From: Lytechinus pictus
Taxonomy: Eukaryota
DNA length: 64,000 nt
Reading direction: 5' to 3'
Assembly (NCBI RefSeq): GCF_037042905.1
Contig: NC_087252.1
Location: 20,400,001-20,464,000 of the forward strand
The translations under genes were made by a program, and so were the position numbers. This document shows positions 50,701 to 62,776 of the stretch, piece after piece (the stretch's first letter is position 1; every line of letters starts with the position of its first letter). The notes under the pieces were generated by a model that saw nothing but the letters and a program-made list of their open reading frames with translations, was not told the DNA's origin and made no database searches.

Positions 50701-53700
50701 ATATTTTTCAACTTACGTTTCCTTTTGACTTTAAGTTAACATGAACCATGGACAAGTTTTGTTGCGGCATTTATATTTTTGCCCCCACTGATACATTTGT
50801 TGAGCATTCTATTTTATACTGTAATTCATGCCGGCCTCCCGCTCACGTCTCCCTCTCTCGTTCCATTTCCTTCTCTTCTTTTCTCTGCCCTTTCTTTTGT
50901 ATTGTATTTTGTATTGTATTTCTGTCTATAGGCGTATCCCGTCACAAGCCTCGGCTTTTAGGGTATACGCCTTCTTCTTTATACCAAACATGTACATATT
51001 TATATTCCTCATAAAAATTTGATTTTTGTATGAACTAATGTTTATGAAAAGTGTTTTGAAATGGAAGAAAATAAATGTTTATTTGAATTGAAAATTGGCA
51101 AAATCCAATATGGCCGCCAAAATATTCAAATTACCCATGAAAATCATAAAATTGTCCACACATTGGCTTTAAAGTACATGCAATTGTGCTGCCGGAGTGA
51201 AATAATATCTGAAAAAATAATTTTTGTCAAAATATTTATTTTCTTGATATCAAAATGGCCGCCATCATAGACCCCTGTACAATATGAATGGGGAAAATTA
51301 ATTTTTACAAAATTGAGCACTGAAATGCAAGTAATTATGAACTATGAGTGAAGCAATGTCTGTAAACATGATTGCTAACGATATATATCATTTGTTATGT
51401 CAGTTATGTGATAAATCCTGTATTTTGATATTCAAAATGGCCTTCAAAAGCCCTAACACTATTATGTACAATGTGAATGGTGACACAAAAAATCACAAGA
51501 GTGAGCACTAAAATGCATTTTGTTGAGATAAACGAGTGGAATACTGACTAAAAACATTTTTGTTAACGAAATTTATTATTTAACATGCCATGTATGTGAT
51601 AAACCCTGTATTTTGATATTTAATATGACCGCCAAAGGCCCTAAAATTATGATCTACGATGTGAGAGAGGACAAAAACAATCACAAGGTGAGCACTAAAA
51701 CGTATTTTTTGTGGTAAATTAGTGGAATAATGTCTTCAAATATAATTTGCAACGAAATATATTATTCGGGTTTCATATTTGTGTTAAATATTGTATTTTG
51801 ACTTTCAAAATGGCCGCCAAAAGACATTGACTGTATTATGTACAATCGATCTGGGAAACCAATTTTCACATGAGTCAGCACCATAACATGCATATAATTG
51901 TGATTTAAGAGTAAAATATTGTCTGAAAACATAATTCCTAACAAGATATATCATTCATTCTGCCAGGTAGGTGATAAATAATGTATTTTGAAAGTCAAAA
52001 TGGCCGCTACAGGCCCTAACAGTAGGCCTATTATGTACTTTGTGAATGGGAACATATAATTTTAACAGAATTTGGCTTTGCTTGACTAAATGGTGTTGCA
52101 TGTATGAGTGAAATATCGTCTGAAAATATGATTTTGTAACCAAATAGATCATTTCTTATGTTATTTAGGTGATAAATGCTATATTTAAATTTCAAAATGG
52201 CTGCAATATGTTTCTTTTTGGAAATTATCTTTCCCCATTCAAATTTTACATATTAAGATAAGGGACTATATATGGCGGCCATTTTTCATTTTTAAAAGGC
52301 TGCATTCATCACCTTTATGACACAAGCTATGATATATTTCGTTAGAAATCATTGGGTTTAGACAATACTTAACACTTACATCAAAATTAAGCCATTTTCA
52401 TAGTAAAAATTTTGTCAAAATTATCTGTCCCCAGTTACAATGTACATACTACTTTGGGCTATGGCAGCAATTTTGAATTTCAAAGTAAGGCCTTTATTAC
52501 CTTCTCAACCATTATGTGATGTATTTAGTCAGAAATCATGTTCAAGACCAAATTTTACCTATACATCACATAGTTACGTGCGTTTTTGGTTCTCATTCTG
52601 GTGATGATTAGTTTCCCTATACGCATGTTACAGAATTTGTAGGGGCTTGTGCGGCCGTTTTGAAAGTCAAAATACAGTATTTATCACCTATGGGAGAGGA
52701 AATATATTATATTTCATTAAAAAAATCACGTTTTCAAACAATATTTTCCTTATACAACAGAATTATATGGATTTCATAGTCAGGCAAATCCTAATTCTTT
52801 CAAAAGTATTTGTCCCCATTTACATTGTAGATAATACTGTAAGGGCCAATAGGGGCCATTTTGAATTTTACAATACAGCATTTATCTCATGCATGAAAAA
52901 TGAAATGATATGTTTCGCCAGAAATCATGTGTTTAGACAATATTTCACTCGTATAGATTACAATTACATTCATTTTATTGTTTTTACTCTTGTGAAAATT
53001 AGTTTCTTCATTCGCTTTGTTCATAATACAGATAGGGCCTATGGCAGCCATTTTGAATGTCAACATGCAGCATAATTACCGAAATTGCAAGGGAAATGAT
53101 GTTTCGTTAGAAATCCTTGTTGTCAGACAGTGTTACACCAATATTTCGCAGTTATTGGCATTTTAAAGTCAAACAAATTCAAAGATTGTGAAAATTATTT
53201 GTCCCCTTTTATATATTGTACACAGTATAAGGGGTCTATGACAGCCATTTTTAATATCATAATACAGCATTTATCACATTAGATAGTATACAAATGACAT
53301 AGTTTTGTTAATAGTCATGTTTTCAGACAGTAGTCCACTCGCAGGTCACAATCACATGCAATAATAGTGCTCTTGTTTGAAAAAATATTTTCCCCATTCA
53401 TATTCTACATAATAAAGTATACAGGGGTTATGGCGGCCATTTTGAATATCAATAAAATAAATATTTTGTCAAATATCGCTTTTCCAATTGGTATTTCACT
53501 TCTGCACAACAACTACATGCATTTTATAGCTAATGTGTTGGCAATTTTATGATTTTCATGGGTAATTTGCATATTTTGGCGGCCATATTGGATTTTGCCA
53601 ATTTGCGGAAAATGCTCAAGGTTACAAGAGTGGCATCATTCAGATTCGGAATCAGCACCCTCGAATTGACAAGAAACCATCAAAAAACATTGTATATCTA

Positions 53701-54460
53701 AAAAAACAAGGTTCGACCCCTTGTCTATGCGGCCTATCCTGGACTAAATGAACCCCCAAGCAAGTACAGTGATATTTTATTGTTGTGCCACGGGTCCGTC
53801 GGTTTTACAAGGCTTAACACATCATTTGCTTTAGTACGGCCCCACCTCGCTTCCACATCTCGCGCAAATCAGACTCTAAACACGCAGTGTACGCTGTATC
53901 GGCCCTATACTACCATGAGTCTAATCCGGGAGTTTTATCTGCTATCTCCTCATTTTTTCTTCTCCTTCTTCTCTTCCTTCTTTTTTGAAGTTATTATCAA
54001 TTTCGTGGCATCTTAAGAACTTTCATCACATTTATGAGAAGAGTTTAAAACGTAAAATGCCGGGGTAAAATGAGTAAAGCGAACTGTGTTTATACCACCG
54101 TAAAAAACAACACACAGAGGCACACGCCGTCTTTGTTTTTATTCCGCTTTATTTTTCTTCCATGAAGGATATTTTCACAGATGTGTTTCTTAAAATCATG
54201 CAAGAAGTCTAACATCCCCCAACTCATAGACCCCGTTTTTTTGTTAAGAACGTGTTACGTTTAACTCTTAGTGTTCGTTCTCTTTAAAATTGACTAACAA
54301 AACTCACTTTCACTGCCGATCAATCTTTTAAGAATTTGAAAAACTTTCTTTTGAAATGTTAAAAACGCTAATGAAAATATCGTAATCATGATTAAAAGAA
54401 ACTTTCTTAATTATGCATATCCTTGATAATTTCAATGAAATGAATTAATCCTCGCATACG

Positions 54461-56335
54461 ATCTGTCTTTTTTTCTACGTAAAGGCCTATGCTTGCACCA
54501 TCAAAAGTAATAATAGGAATCTGGACAGATTGGTTTCTTATTTATTTTTGTTATGATTGTGTTGTTTGTATTCGTCATGAAGGCCTACTTAAGCCAGACA
54601 CAGATGCTAACTCGAACATAATTGTTTGTTTTTATTATGATTTTCTATCATAACTTTTTTATTAAACCACAAGCAAGATTCAGTATTGATGCCATGTTTT
54701 TTATCAACCATCAAAGAACGCTATTATGCCTGTGACAAATTAAGATTAAGCTTATTAGTCATTATTCTTGAATTGGTTAGAAAATATTTCATTTTAATAG
54801 CCAGTACTATTGAGATACGGATAAAAGATCAAGCTCCTAATATATTTTTTATATTGTATTTTTTTTTTATTATCATTCATAATCAACATTTTTACCATTA
54901 CATGCCTATCATCATTATCATTGTTATTTTATATCTATGATTATTGTTATTATCGTTAGTATTACTGTCATTGTTATTTCCATGATTATTATTTTCTCAA
55001 TTATCATGATTATCGTTGGTGATGGATTAAGCCATCAATTTCTTACATAATTCACCATTGTGAAAGGGGCTTCACTTGGATAGCGCAAACTTTGACGTTC
55101 GATTTAGTTTCTTTATTTATTCTCTTTAAAACTAATAGATTAGCACACGTTCACGGACTATCAATATTTTCTAAAGATTTGAAAATCTTTAATTCTTTTG
55201 AAAATGCCATCTCCGAAAAAAAAAACGTTTTAAATAATGAAAAGATCCTGATCATGGCCTATGATAGAGAAAGTACCTGTTATCATTGTCTCCTTGATAG
55301 TATCCTTTGTAATTGTAAGGAAATTAATCCTCGTAAAAAAAACGTGTTTTGAATACGTTTTGCCCTTGGCTTTTATTTCGCGATTATACTCGAGCTCATT
55401 ATCCATCGCCCACGCCCCCGCCCGGCCCAGTGCCACTATCGCCATACCTACGCCTTTAGAATTCGCATCCTCTTTGTAAACTTTTCTTAAAAACATGCTT
55501 TTGAGAACACTAAAAGCGATGTTTTTGATCTATCTATTTGAAGCGCGGGCGGGAAGGCGAGGGGGTGCTTCCCTTTCTTTACCCCAATCTAGCTTTTATA
55601 ATTAGAAGAAGAAAAAACCCTAAGCCTTTAATTTGAAGTATTTTACAAAAACTTTGCACCTGGCCTGGCGCAGGCCGGGAGCATCCCCACCCCCATCGCT
55701 ACATCCTGGACTATCTTCATTGTTCATTATCAAATCTGTCTTTTTTTTCTACGTAAAGGCCTATGCTTGCACCATCAAAAGTAAAAAATAGGAATCGTAA
55801 CAGATTGTTTTTTTAATTTATTTTTGTAATGATTGCGTTGTTAGCATTTCGTCATGAATAGGCCTACCAAAGCCAGACACAGATGCTAACTCGAACATGC
55901 TTGTTTTGTTTTTTATTATTATTTTCTATCGCAATAACATTAAACCACAAGCAAGATTCAGTATTAATGCCATGTTTCTTCTCACCCATCAGAGAACGTT
56001 ATTATGCCTATAGGCCTATAGCAAGAAAACACTAAGATTAAGCCTATAGTAGTTTATGATTCTTAAATTGATTATAATTATTTTATTTTGATAGCCATAA
56101 CTGTTGAGATACGGAAAAGGCAGTACAAGCTCAAATTGATTTTTATATTTAATTATTGATTTTCTTTTAATTATCATAATTATCATTTTCACGATTATCA
56201 TCAACATCATCCCTGTAATTATAATTGTTATTTTGTATTATCATTATTATTATCTTCGTTAGTATTATACTATCATTATCGTTGTAGTTACCCTGAATCA
56301 CGATTATCGTTGGTGATTGTGATTGATCGATTAAG
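54461..56335 (+). repeat. Diverged ~570-600-bp direct repeat (54461-~55032 and 55735-~56335)
   Basis: Both start ATCTGTCTTTTTTT(T)CTACGTAAAGGCCTATGCTTGCACCATCAAAAGTAA and stay collinear to GATTATCGTTGGTGAT. Confidence 0.8.
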
Positions 56336-56764
56336 CAATCAATCTTTTTTTCTTTTTTTCTTTTGCTTTTCAAAAGCATGCCTGTTAAGAAAGATTTACT
56401 AACGGGATGCGAATTCTAAAGGCCTGAGGCCTTACAAGTTTACTAACGGGATGCCAATTTTTAACTCCAGCTCATCGATTTCAGCTAAATAATCCCCTTC
56501 ATGCACCGGCTGCGTAGTCTGCAGGCACAGACCCTGATTGGAACTTCATGCCTCCACGCAAAGACTAGCACATACAAAACTTGCTGTTCCAATACAGGGT
56601 CTGCATAATCTTCCAAAAATCATTTCTCACGCTCCAAATCTGGCCCCACCTCCTTCTTTCAGAGTCACTTTCCATTGGCTAGTAAACATTGTCAATCAGC
56701 CTCCCAGGGGAACTGCTACCAGTGGCCAGTGAGAAGATAATTGATAACTCAGATAAGATTTATA

Positions 56765-57335
56765 CCCGGGGGGGGGGGGCCACTTACATTGACGAGTGGA
56801 TACCATATGCGCGACCAAAAAAACACGTAAAAAGGATGTCTTTTTCACGATAGGGCACGTTACGTACGTAACGTGATAAGGGTGTCAAAAACACAAAAAT
56901 AATGAAAAAAGGGTATCTATTTCGCTCGGAAAATTACGTGTTTAGGGTCGAATTTGCGGGGATGATAAAACAAAATTAAAATGTTTTATAAAGGATGTCC
57001 TTTTTGCCCCAACACTTCGGTGTTTAGAGTCCGATTTGCGGGAGGTGTAGAAGGTGGGGTTGCATGTATAAACCAAATAAGGTAAAGCCGACGACCGAAG
57101 GACCCGTAACAATGCATTCCTGTACTTGTTTAGGGGTTCATTTCAGGGAATATTTGCCAAGAGTATCGTTTTGTTTCCAATACTTGTTAAGGGTAGGGTT
57201 TCACACGCCAATACTTGTTAAGGGGTGCATTTTCAGAATATGGAAATTACGTGTTTAGGGTGCTTTTCGAGACCCCATGGTCGCGCATGGTATATCCACT
57301 CGTGAATGGATCGAGTGCCCCCCCCCCCCCCCGGG
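56765..57335 (-). mobile_element. Complete CCCGGGGG-ended MITE (571 bp), superfamily unassigned
   Basis: Termini CCCGGGG...CCCCGGG; perfect 8-bp TSD GATTTATA (56757-56764, 57336-57343). Confidence 0.85.
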
Positions 57336-57379
57336 GATTTATATGGTGGCCCTGAAGGGACATTGCAAATAGACCAAAT

Positions 57380-57635
57380 CGCGAATATTCACGACGAAAT
57401 TCACGACGTCGCCAATTTCGTCGTGAATTTCGTCGTCAATTTGAATATTCACGACGAAATTGGCGACGAAATTCACGATGTCGTGAATTTCGTCGCCAAT
57501 TATTCACGACGAAATTCACGACGTCGCCAATTTGAAAATTGACGACGAAATTTGCGACGAAATTCACGACATCGTGAATTTCGTCGCCGATTTCGTCGCG
57601 AAATATTCACGACGTCGCCAATTTCGTCGTGAATT
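57380..57635. repeat. Array of 12-bp CpG-rich motifs in alternating orientation
   Basis: ATTCACGACGAA and TTCGTCGTGAAT are repeated in both orientations. Confidence 0.9.
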
Positions 57636-58013
57636 TGTTTTGCTGGCCTGGGCGGTACTGCGGTGCGCTAGTCCGTACGTGGCACGGCGGTATATCGACT
57701 GTAGCTCTAGCCTCTTGTCGAGGCCCTGGCGGCTGCTTCCCGAGCGAAGCGAGGGATTCCCCAATTCGCGAAGCGAATTAGGCCTGGGCCTCTTGACATC
57801 TGAACTGAATTATATATTCATGAGGAACGTCTTCCTAATGAATATACATGAGTCATGATATTACTGGTCACCGAGTAAACCAATGAAATGTCAGAGCTGT
57901 TTCGTTTTGGGTTCGGAATACTATATAGTATAGTAGTCCATTATTCTGCAGGGGATTCATTTAATTGCGGGAAACTAAAGGGGATATAACCTGCAAAATG
58001 CTACAAGTAGTGG

Positions 58014-58059
<46 letters not shown>
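58014..58059. repeat. (TAC)n microsatellite
   Basis: About 15 perfect units. Confidence 0.95.
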
Positions 58060-58204
58060 GGCCGTAACAGACCCATCACCGCCCCGAAACTTCCCGGGAG
58101 ATACTGCTCAGCCGCTGGTCAGACTCGAGTCAACTTCCAGCAACTCCACCCCAGCTTCCCTCACTACACTGCACAGCGGAGATCGATAATCGACGCCCCG
58201 GTTC

Positions 58205-58405
58205 GACCGGTGGAATCGCATGAAAGATACAATTTTTTCCATATCCTGTGGGTAGATTTACAAAATCATCTCGTCCTTTCAGTGCAGAGTTAATTTTATC
58301 GACTTGCAAATCCTTAAATCGGTCAATATTCAGCATTTTAGAGGCATATTCAATGCTCTTTGATATTTCGTCGTCATTCTTCGCCAAGAATCCACGGGTC
58401 GCCAT
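58205..58405 (-). pseudogene. RecQ-type SF2 helicase N-terminal fragment (AcademH-like)
   Basis: FKDLQVDKINSALKGRDDFVNLPTGYGKNCIF matches RecQ motif 0 (Q) and Walker A (GRD..V.LPTGYGKS); similarity stops just after motif I. Confidence 0.7.
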
Positions 58406-59244
58406 TCAAGATGAGCTCATGAATATTCAATATGACGTCATAGCAGCCCGCGCTCTCATTGGATGATTTTCACCGACCAGTTTTTGGTCGGTGAATTGGT
58501 AAAAACAATAAAAAACAAAAGAAAGTCGGTGAAATTCGGGTCAGATGTCCAGAGGCGCAGGCCCTGTCTCGCGGCGCTCTGCTTCGCTCTCTCCCTTGCT
58601 TTGCCATGTTCGCTCGGAAAGCAGCCGACAGGGCCTCGACAAGAGGCTACTGTAGCTCGAGTCTTGCATGCCATAAATGAAGACTTTTCCATCACCATGT
58701 CCTTACTGCGGCAGCCCGAACACGTACTGTGTTCGGGCTGCGTTGTGATTCACCCCGGCTCACCAGATCAAACCAGATGAGCATCGGGAATCAATCAAAA
58801 ATACATAAAATTGCACAAAACTGTTACAAAGGAATCAATACATACTTACAACTTAAGCCGCAATATGGGCGGCCCTCAAAACTTCGAAATAATTCCCCAA
58901 AACGAAGCAAAAACGTCGGAAAATTTTGCCGGTGTGCATTAAAAGTCGTTTGTACAGGAAGCAATGGAGGATCGATATAGCCTTTTGACGAGGCAACGAG
59001 ATAAATTGATTTTTATCTTCGTGCTAGCAGAAAACAAAAACAAAAGAAAAATAATAGCCTAATCCTTATAAAAACAAAAAATAAAATAATAATCGATTAT
59101 AATACGTTTATAATACGCTCTTCCTATTAATTTCACCCTGTTTATTCACTGAGGATCCTATAGAAATATACTAGAAGTCTTTGACAAAAGGCTATCGTAT
59201 GAGGCATGCGAGAAAGGGTAATATGAATATTCATAAGTCTAACT

Positions 59245-60596
59245 TAGTGGCGTAATTTCTTTTTCGATGGTTTGGCTGCGTGGCAGCCAGTGAATAAATC
59301 ACTATTTTAACGGCCTTTTGTTTTTATTCGATTAGCTTCTTTTCATGTAATTTTTTTCTTCATTCTTTTCTCGTGTTCTAATGTTATTTCTTAGTTCTCC
59401 CTCGTGATTTCTTTTCACTTTCTTTATTTTTTATCCCCTTTTCCGTTTTGTTTTTATTATTTTCATATTTTGTTCATCTACTTTTCGTTTCGTAGTTGAT
59501 TTTCTTTTCCTTTCTTTACTGTTTCATTCTTTTCTTTTTGACTTTTGCTCTTTTTTCTTCGTTTCTTGTCTTTTCTTTTCCCTTTCGTTTTCTTTTTTAT
59601 TCTTTTTTTCTTTACTTTTCTACCTATTGTCTCTATATTTAAATTAGTTTCTTTATCATCTTTTTTTTTTCGAGAGAGATTATGCACGTGATGTCGCACA
59701 TTTTGTTTAATATGCATAATTGAAAACAATTGATACACCTTGTGAGTAAAAAGATAATTTGATAGCCTATTTTATGTGGTTTTTTTTTACCACAACCGGC
59801 TGGATACGTCTTTCTCAGGCAACATCTTCCCACTAGCGTACCTACTGCCCCCCCTTACGAGTCACACTATGCCCCCCCCCCCCCGATGAGTCACAACTGA
59901 TCCCTGACAAGCCACCATAGTGGCCCCCTCCTTTGAAGTTGAATACCTTCTTTTTTCTTCTTTTTTTTTGCTTGTCAATTTTTTTCTGGTGCGAAATGTC
60001 CTTTACATCCTGTTGAGGATCATTTTTTTTTCCTGGTTTTTTTTTTCTGGTACGAAATCCTTTAGGCCTATTTGTGGTTTAAGTCAAGACCTTTTCTAGG
60101 CGTGTCAAATTTTTGGGCGGACGATTTTGCCCCCCCCCCCTGTGGAAAATCCTAGGTACGCTACTGCATCTTCCTCTTATACATTTTTAGTTCTTGTTTT
60201 GCGACATTTATATATTTAGAGCATGAATTATCTAAATTTTCAGCTCGCGCTTCGTGCTCATAATATTTGATTAGTGAGATGCATATGATAATCATGATTA
60301 CAATGACTACAAAAAGTGTTTCATGTGTTCAGATGTAATTATAACAAAATCAGCAAGCACTTGGCACTCGCATTAGATTACTATGATGAGATTTATACTC
60401 ATCATAGATTCCTAAAATATAGTCTTTAAAATCTCCCTCTTTTAGGTCTGAATATAACAAATTTTCCGCTCAGTAGCGTTGTCCTTAAAATGTCTTTATT
60501 AGGTCAGTATACCTGCGCGCACACTAATTGACTAAACAAAAATTGCTGGTGACCCCCCCCCCCCCCCCCAATGCCGTGACCCACGGTACGCCACTG
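59245..60596. mobile_element. Old hAT-like MITE hosting a younger one
   Basis: TAGTGGCGTA...TACGCCACTG termini; internal GCTCGCGCTTCG motif; TSD only partly preserved (AGTCTAAC/AGTGTGAC). Confidence 0.45.
59831..60166. mobile_element. hAT-like MITE
   Basis: TIR CACTAGCGTACCTA...TAGGTACGCTACTG; perfect 8-bp TSD CATCTTCC. Confidence 0.85.
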
Positions 60597-60656
60597 AGTG
60601 TGACATCAATTCCCATTGTTTGTATGTTTACGAGCATTTTTCATACCATGTGTATT

Positions 60657-61340
60657 TTGGTAGAGCACGATGAAATCCCTCTGAAACACTAATTTGGTGG
60701 GAATTGGTCCATGTTGCCTTGTCGTTTATTTTCACTTGGACTGGTCTACTAGCCATTTCGTCCAGTTACCAAATCGTCTACTATCATTGGTATGCCATCA
60801 GTCTACTACCCACATGGCCTAATTGCCATTTCGTCCACTCACCATTTTGTCTAACAACCAGTTGGTCCAATAACCATTTAGTCCTAACCATTTGGTCTAA
60901 TTGGACTAAGTGTTAATCGGTTAAAATTATTGGAACTAAAATGGATATTAGACCAAAAGGTTATGAGAGGAAATTGTCATAAACGAACAGGTGATAAGAC
61001 GAAGTGATGATTGGAATAAACGGTTGGAGCGAAATTTAGATGGAATGTTAATTAGACTAAATTAAGGTAGACCATGTGGGAAGTGAACGAGTTGGCAGTA
61101 GACGAATTGGAAATTTACCTTAGATATGACCTCATGAAATATGAATACATGATTTGCCCCTTTGTAATCAAGGAACCAGTCCAATGATTTATTGACTTCA
61201 ATGGGGCTAATTATGTATACCTAAATTTATGGCCTAATGTAACGGGATTCGTTAGGTCTTAAAGCCCCTATCAGCCTATATGCCTACGGACCGATTCCCA
61301 TCATGTTTGGATGTGGAGGTATTTCATCATGCCCTACCAA
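60657..61340. repeat. Degenerate inverted-repeat element enclosing a 15-bp-subrepeat foldback MITE
   Basis: TTGGTAGAGCACGATGAAAT...TGGGAATTGGTCC is mirrored by GGACCGATTCCCA...ATTTCATCATGCCCTACCAA. Confidence 0.5.
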
Positions 61341-62103
61341 ACTAGGCCTATAAATCACTCAAATTCGAAGAAGAAAAATTTCGTGACGTCATCACTTTGG
61401 TACTCTATAATTTTATTTTATCTAGTAGACTCCAGTAGATTTATAAATTGGGCCACTTGATTTTCAACTGGACCAGTACTAACAAAATTGGATGGTGCTG
61501 TTTACGTGGTTTAGTTATTTGCATTTTTTAAAAGCAATAAATCATACTTTAGAGTGACAATGCAAAAGATTCTGAAGAAGTATGTGTAGAGACTTAGAAT
61601 AGGCCCTATATTTCAAATTAGAGCAGAAAGATTAATTTATGAACCATCTATTCCATCTCATTTAGAATTAGCTTCACGGTACCGTACGCCATGACGTATT
61701 TTTCTTTACTTGGGCAAGTGTTGGTCCTAAAAAGGACCACCCAATCTCTTTAAAAAATAATTAAAAAAGACGTGTTGCATTTTGACCAAGAAAGATCAGT
61801 ATGGAATCCAGTTGAGTACTACTAGATTAGGACACAAGTAATAATATTGTGACCAGTAACAAACTCCAGTAGACTAATATTATATTAAGACCACTTTAAT
61901 TTCGAGTTAGTAATTCAAGATCAGTTTGACAAGTGGAATTTCAACTTGTAACTTTTTAAATTGACTGGTCTAGCTTAGTTGATCCAGTCTAATTTCATAT
62001 GGCCAAATATACGCGCAGCACTGAACCAGTAAGACAAGTAACCAATGTTGCAATTTCCAGATCCAGTTACCAGTTGAAATTCTACTGGTCAGACTGGTCC
62101 AGT

Positions 62104-62286
62104 TTAAACTGGCTCTTTGTGATTTGTTACTTTCTCCATTAGTTTGTGATGGAGGGCAAAGCACGTGCTCTTTCCGTAACCCGTTGGGAGAATCACGAGA
62201 CTGTCATTTCCTCTCTGGGCCTCTTCCAGGGCCTGTTTTTGAGGCACCTTTAATTTTATTGCAAATTCTTCTTCAAGTTCCTCCAT
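62104..62286 (-). pseudogene. Second RecQ-type SF2 helicase N-terminal fragment (AcademH-like)
   Basis: LKVPQKQALEEAQRGNDSLVILPTGYGKSTCF contains motif 0 and Walker A; the ORF ends shortly afterwards. Confidence 0.7.
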
Positions 62287-62579
62287 ATTTGCAACGCGAA
62301 CTACGTTTCTGATGTCAATGTCGACTCAATATTGACCTTGATTCTAACTTATTACATCTCTAATTAAAAAAAAAATGTATTTTGTAAACGCAGTCATGTT
62401 TGTTCATAATATACAGATTGAGATAAATATAATTTTAATGAAATGAATTCTTCTTTAAATAATTTTTTTTTTTCTATGTTAAATGCAAGCAAGATTGATA
62501 TCTATTACTGAAATACCTAAATCGCGATTTATTTGAAAAGCAAGTTCGTGATTCGACCGAAGTTTTCTTATCTCTTCTT

Positions 62580-62776
62580 GTAATGCATATTCATTAACCT
62601 TAACAGTGACGACATCTTATAAATATTCATGTTGCGCATGCGCATACATGTTTTTCATTCAATTCAACATGGCGATTCGTACGAAATCCGAAAATTGATC
62701 CTCTATTGTACGATTCCATCGAATTTTCGTAATTTTAAGGAGAACGTATCTTGAACTCAGTTTGTTTAGGTAAGGT
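62580..62776. promoter_or_regulatory. Candidate promoter with NRF1-like and YY1-like motifs
   Basis: TGCGCATGCGCA at ~62633, CAACATGGCG at ~62665, two ATATTCAT motifs and a donor-like AG|GTAAGG at ~62770; lies upstream of the minus-strand helicase fragment. Confidence 0.3.

Larger units (their letters stand above)
42458..51092 (+). mobile_element. ~8.6-kb non-LTR retrotransposon insertion (CR1 group: CR1/L2/Crack-like)
   Basis: Interrupts the Academ-like left arm cleanly (…TTTTCTGCAA | ATTGGCAAAATCC…, judged against the right arm). Contains ORF1, a ~4-kb spacer, an APE-RT ORF2, a 3' UTR and a (TTGAA)-type tail. Confidence 0.8.
42324..53746. mobile_element. Academ-like non-autonomous foldback transposon (~2.8 kb: 42324-42457 plus 51094-53746)
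   Basis: Termini TAGTCCAGGATAG...CTATCCTGGACTA; 3-bp TSD AAT (42321-42323, 53747-53749); empty site CCCTGA-AAT-GAACCCC at 10535-10550. Long inverted arms are made of ~185-195-bp subrepeats. YR termini with a 3-bp TSD fit Academ; the superfamily is inferred. Confidence 0.75.
42151..53892 (+). mobile_element. CCCGGGGG-ended MITE (paralog of 10403-12147), split by an Academ-like element and 3'-truncated
   Basis: 42151-42323 plus 53747-53892 match 10403-10595 plus 11806-11902; same left flank GTATTTGC. Confidence 0.8.

Noticed and set aside
57965..58189. Signal-peptide/poly-Leu protein
   Set aside because: The Leu run is the (TAC)n microsatellite.
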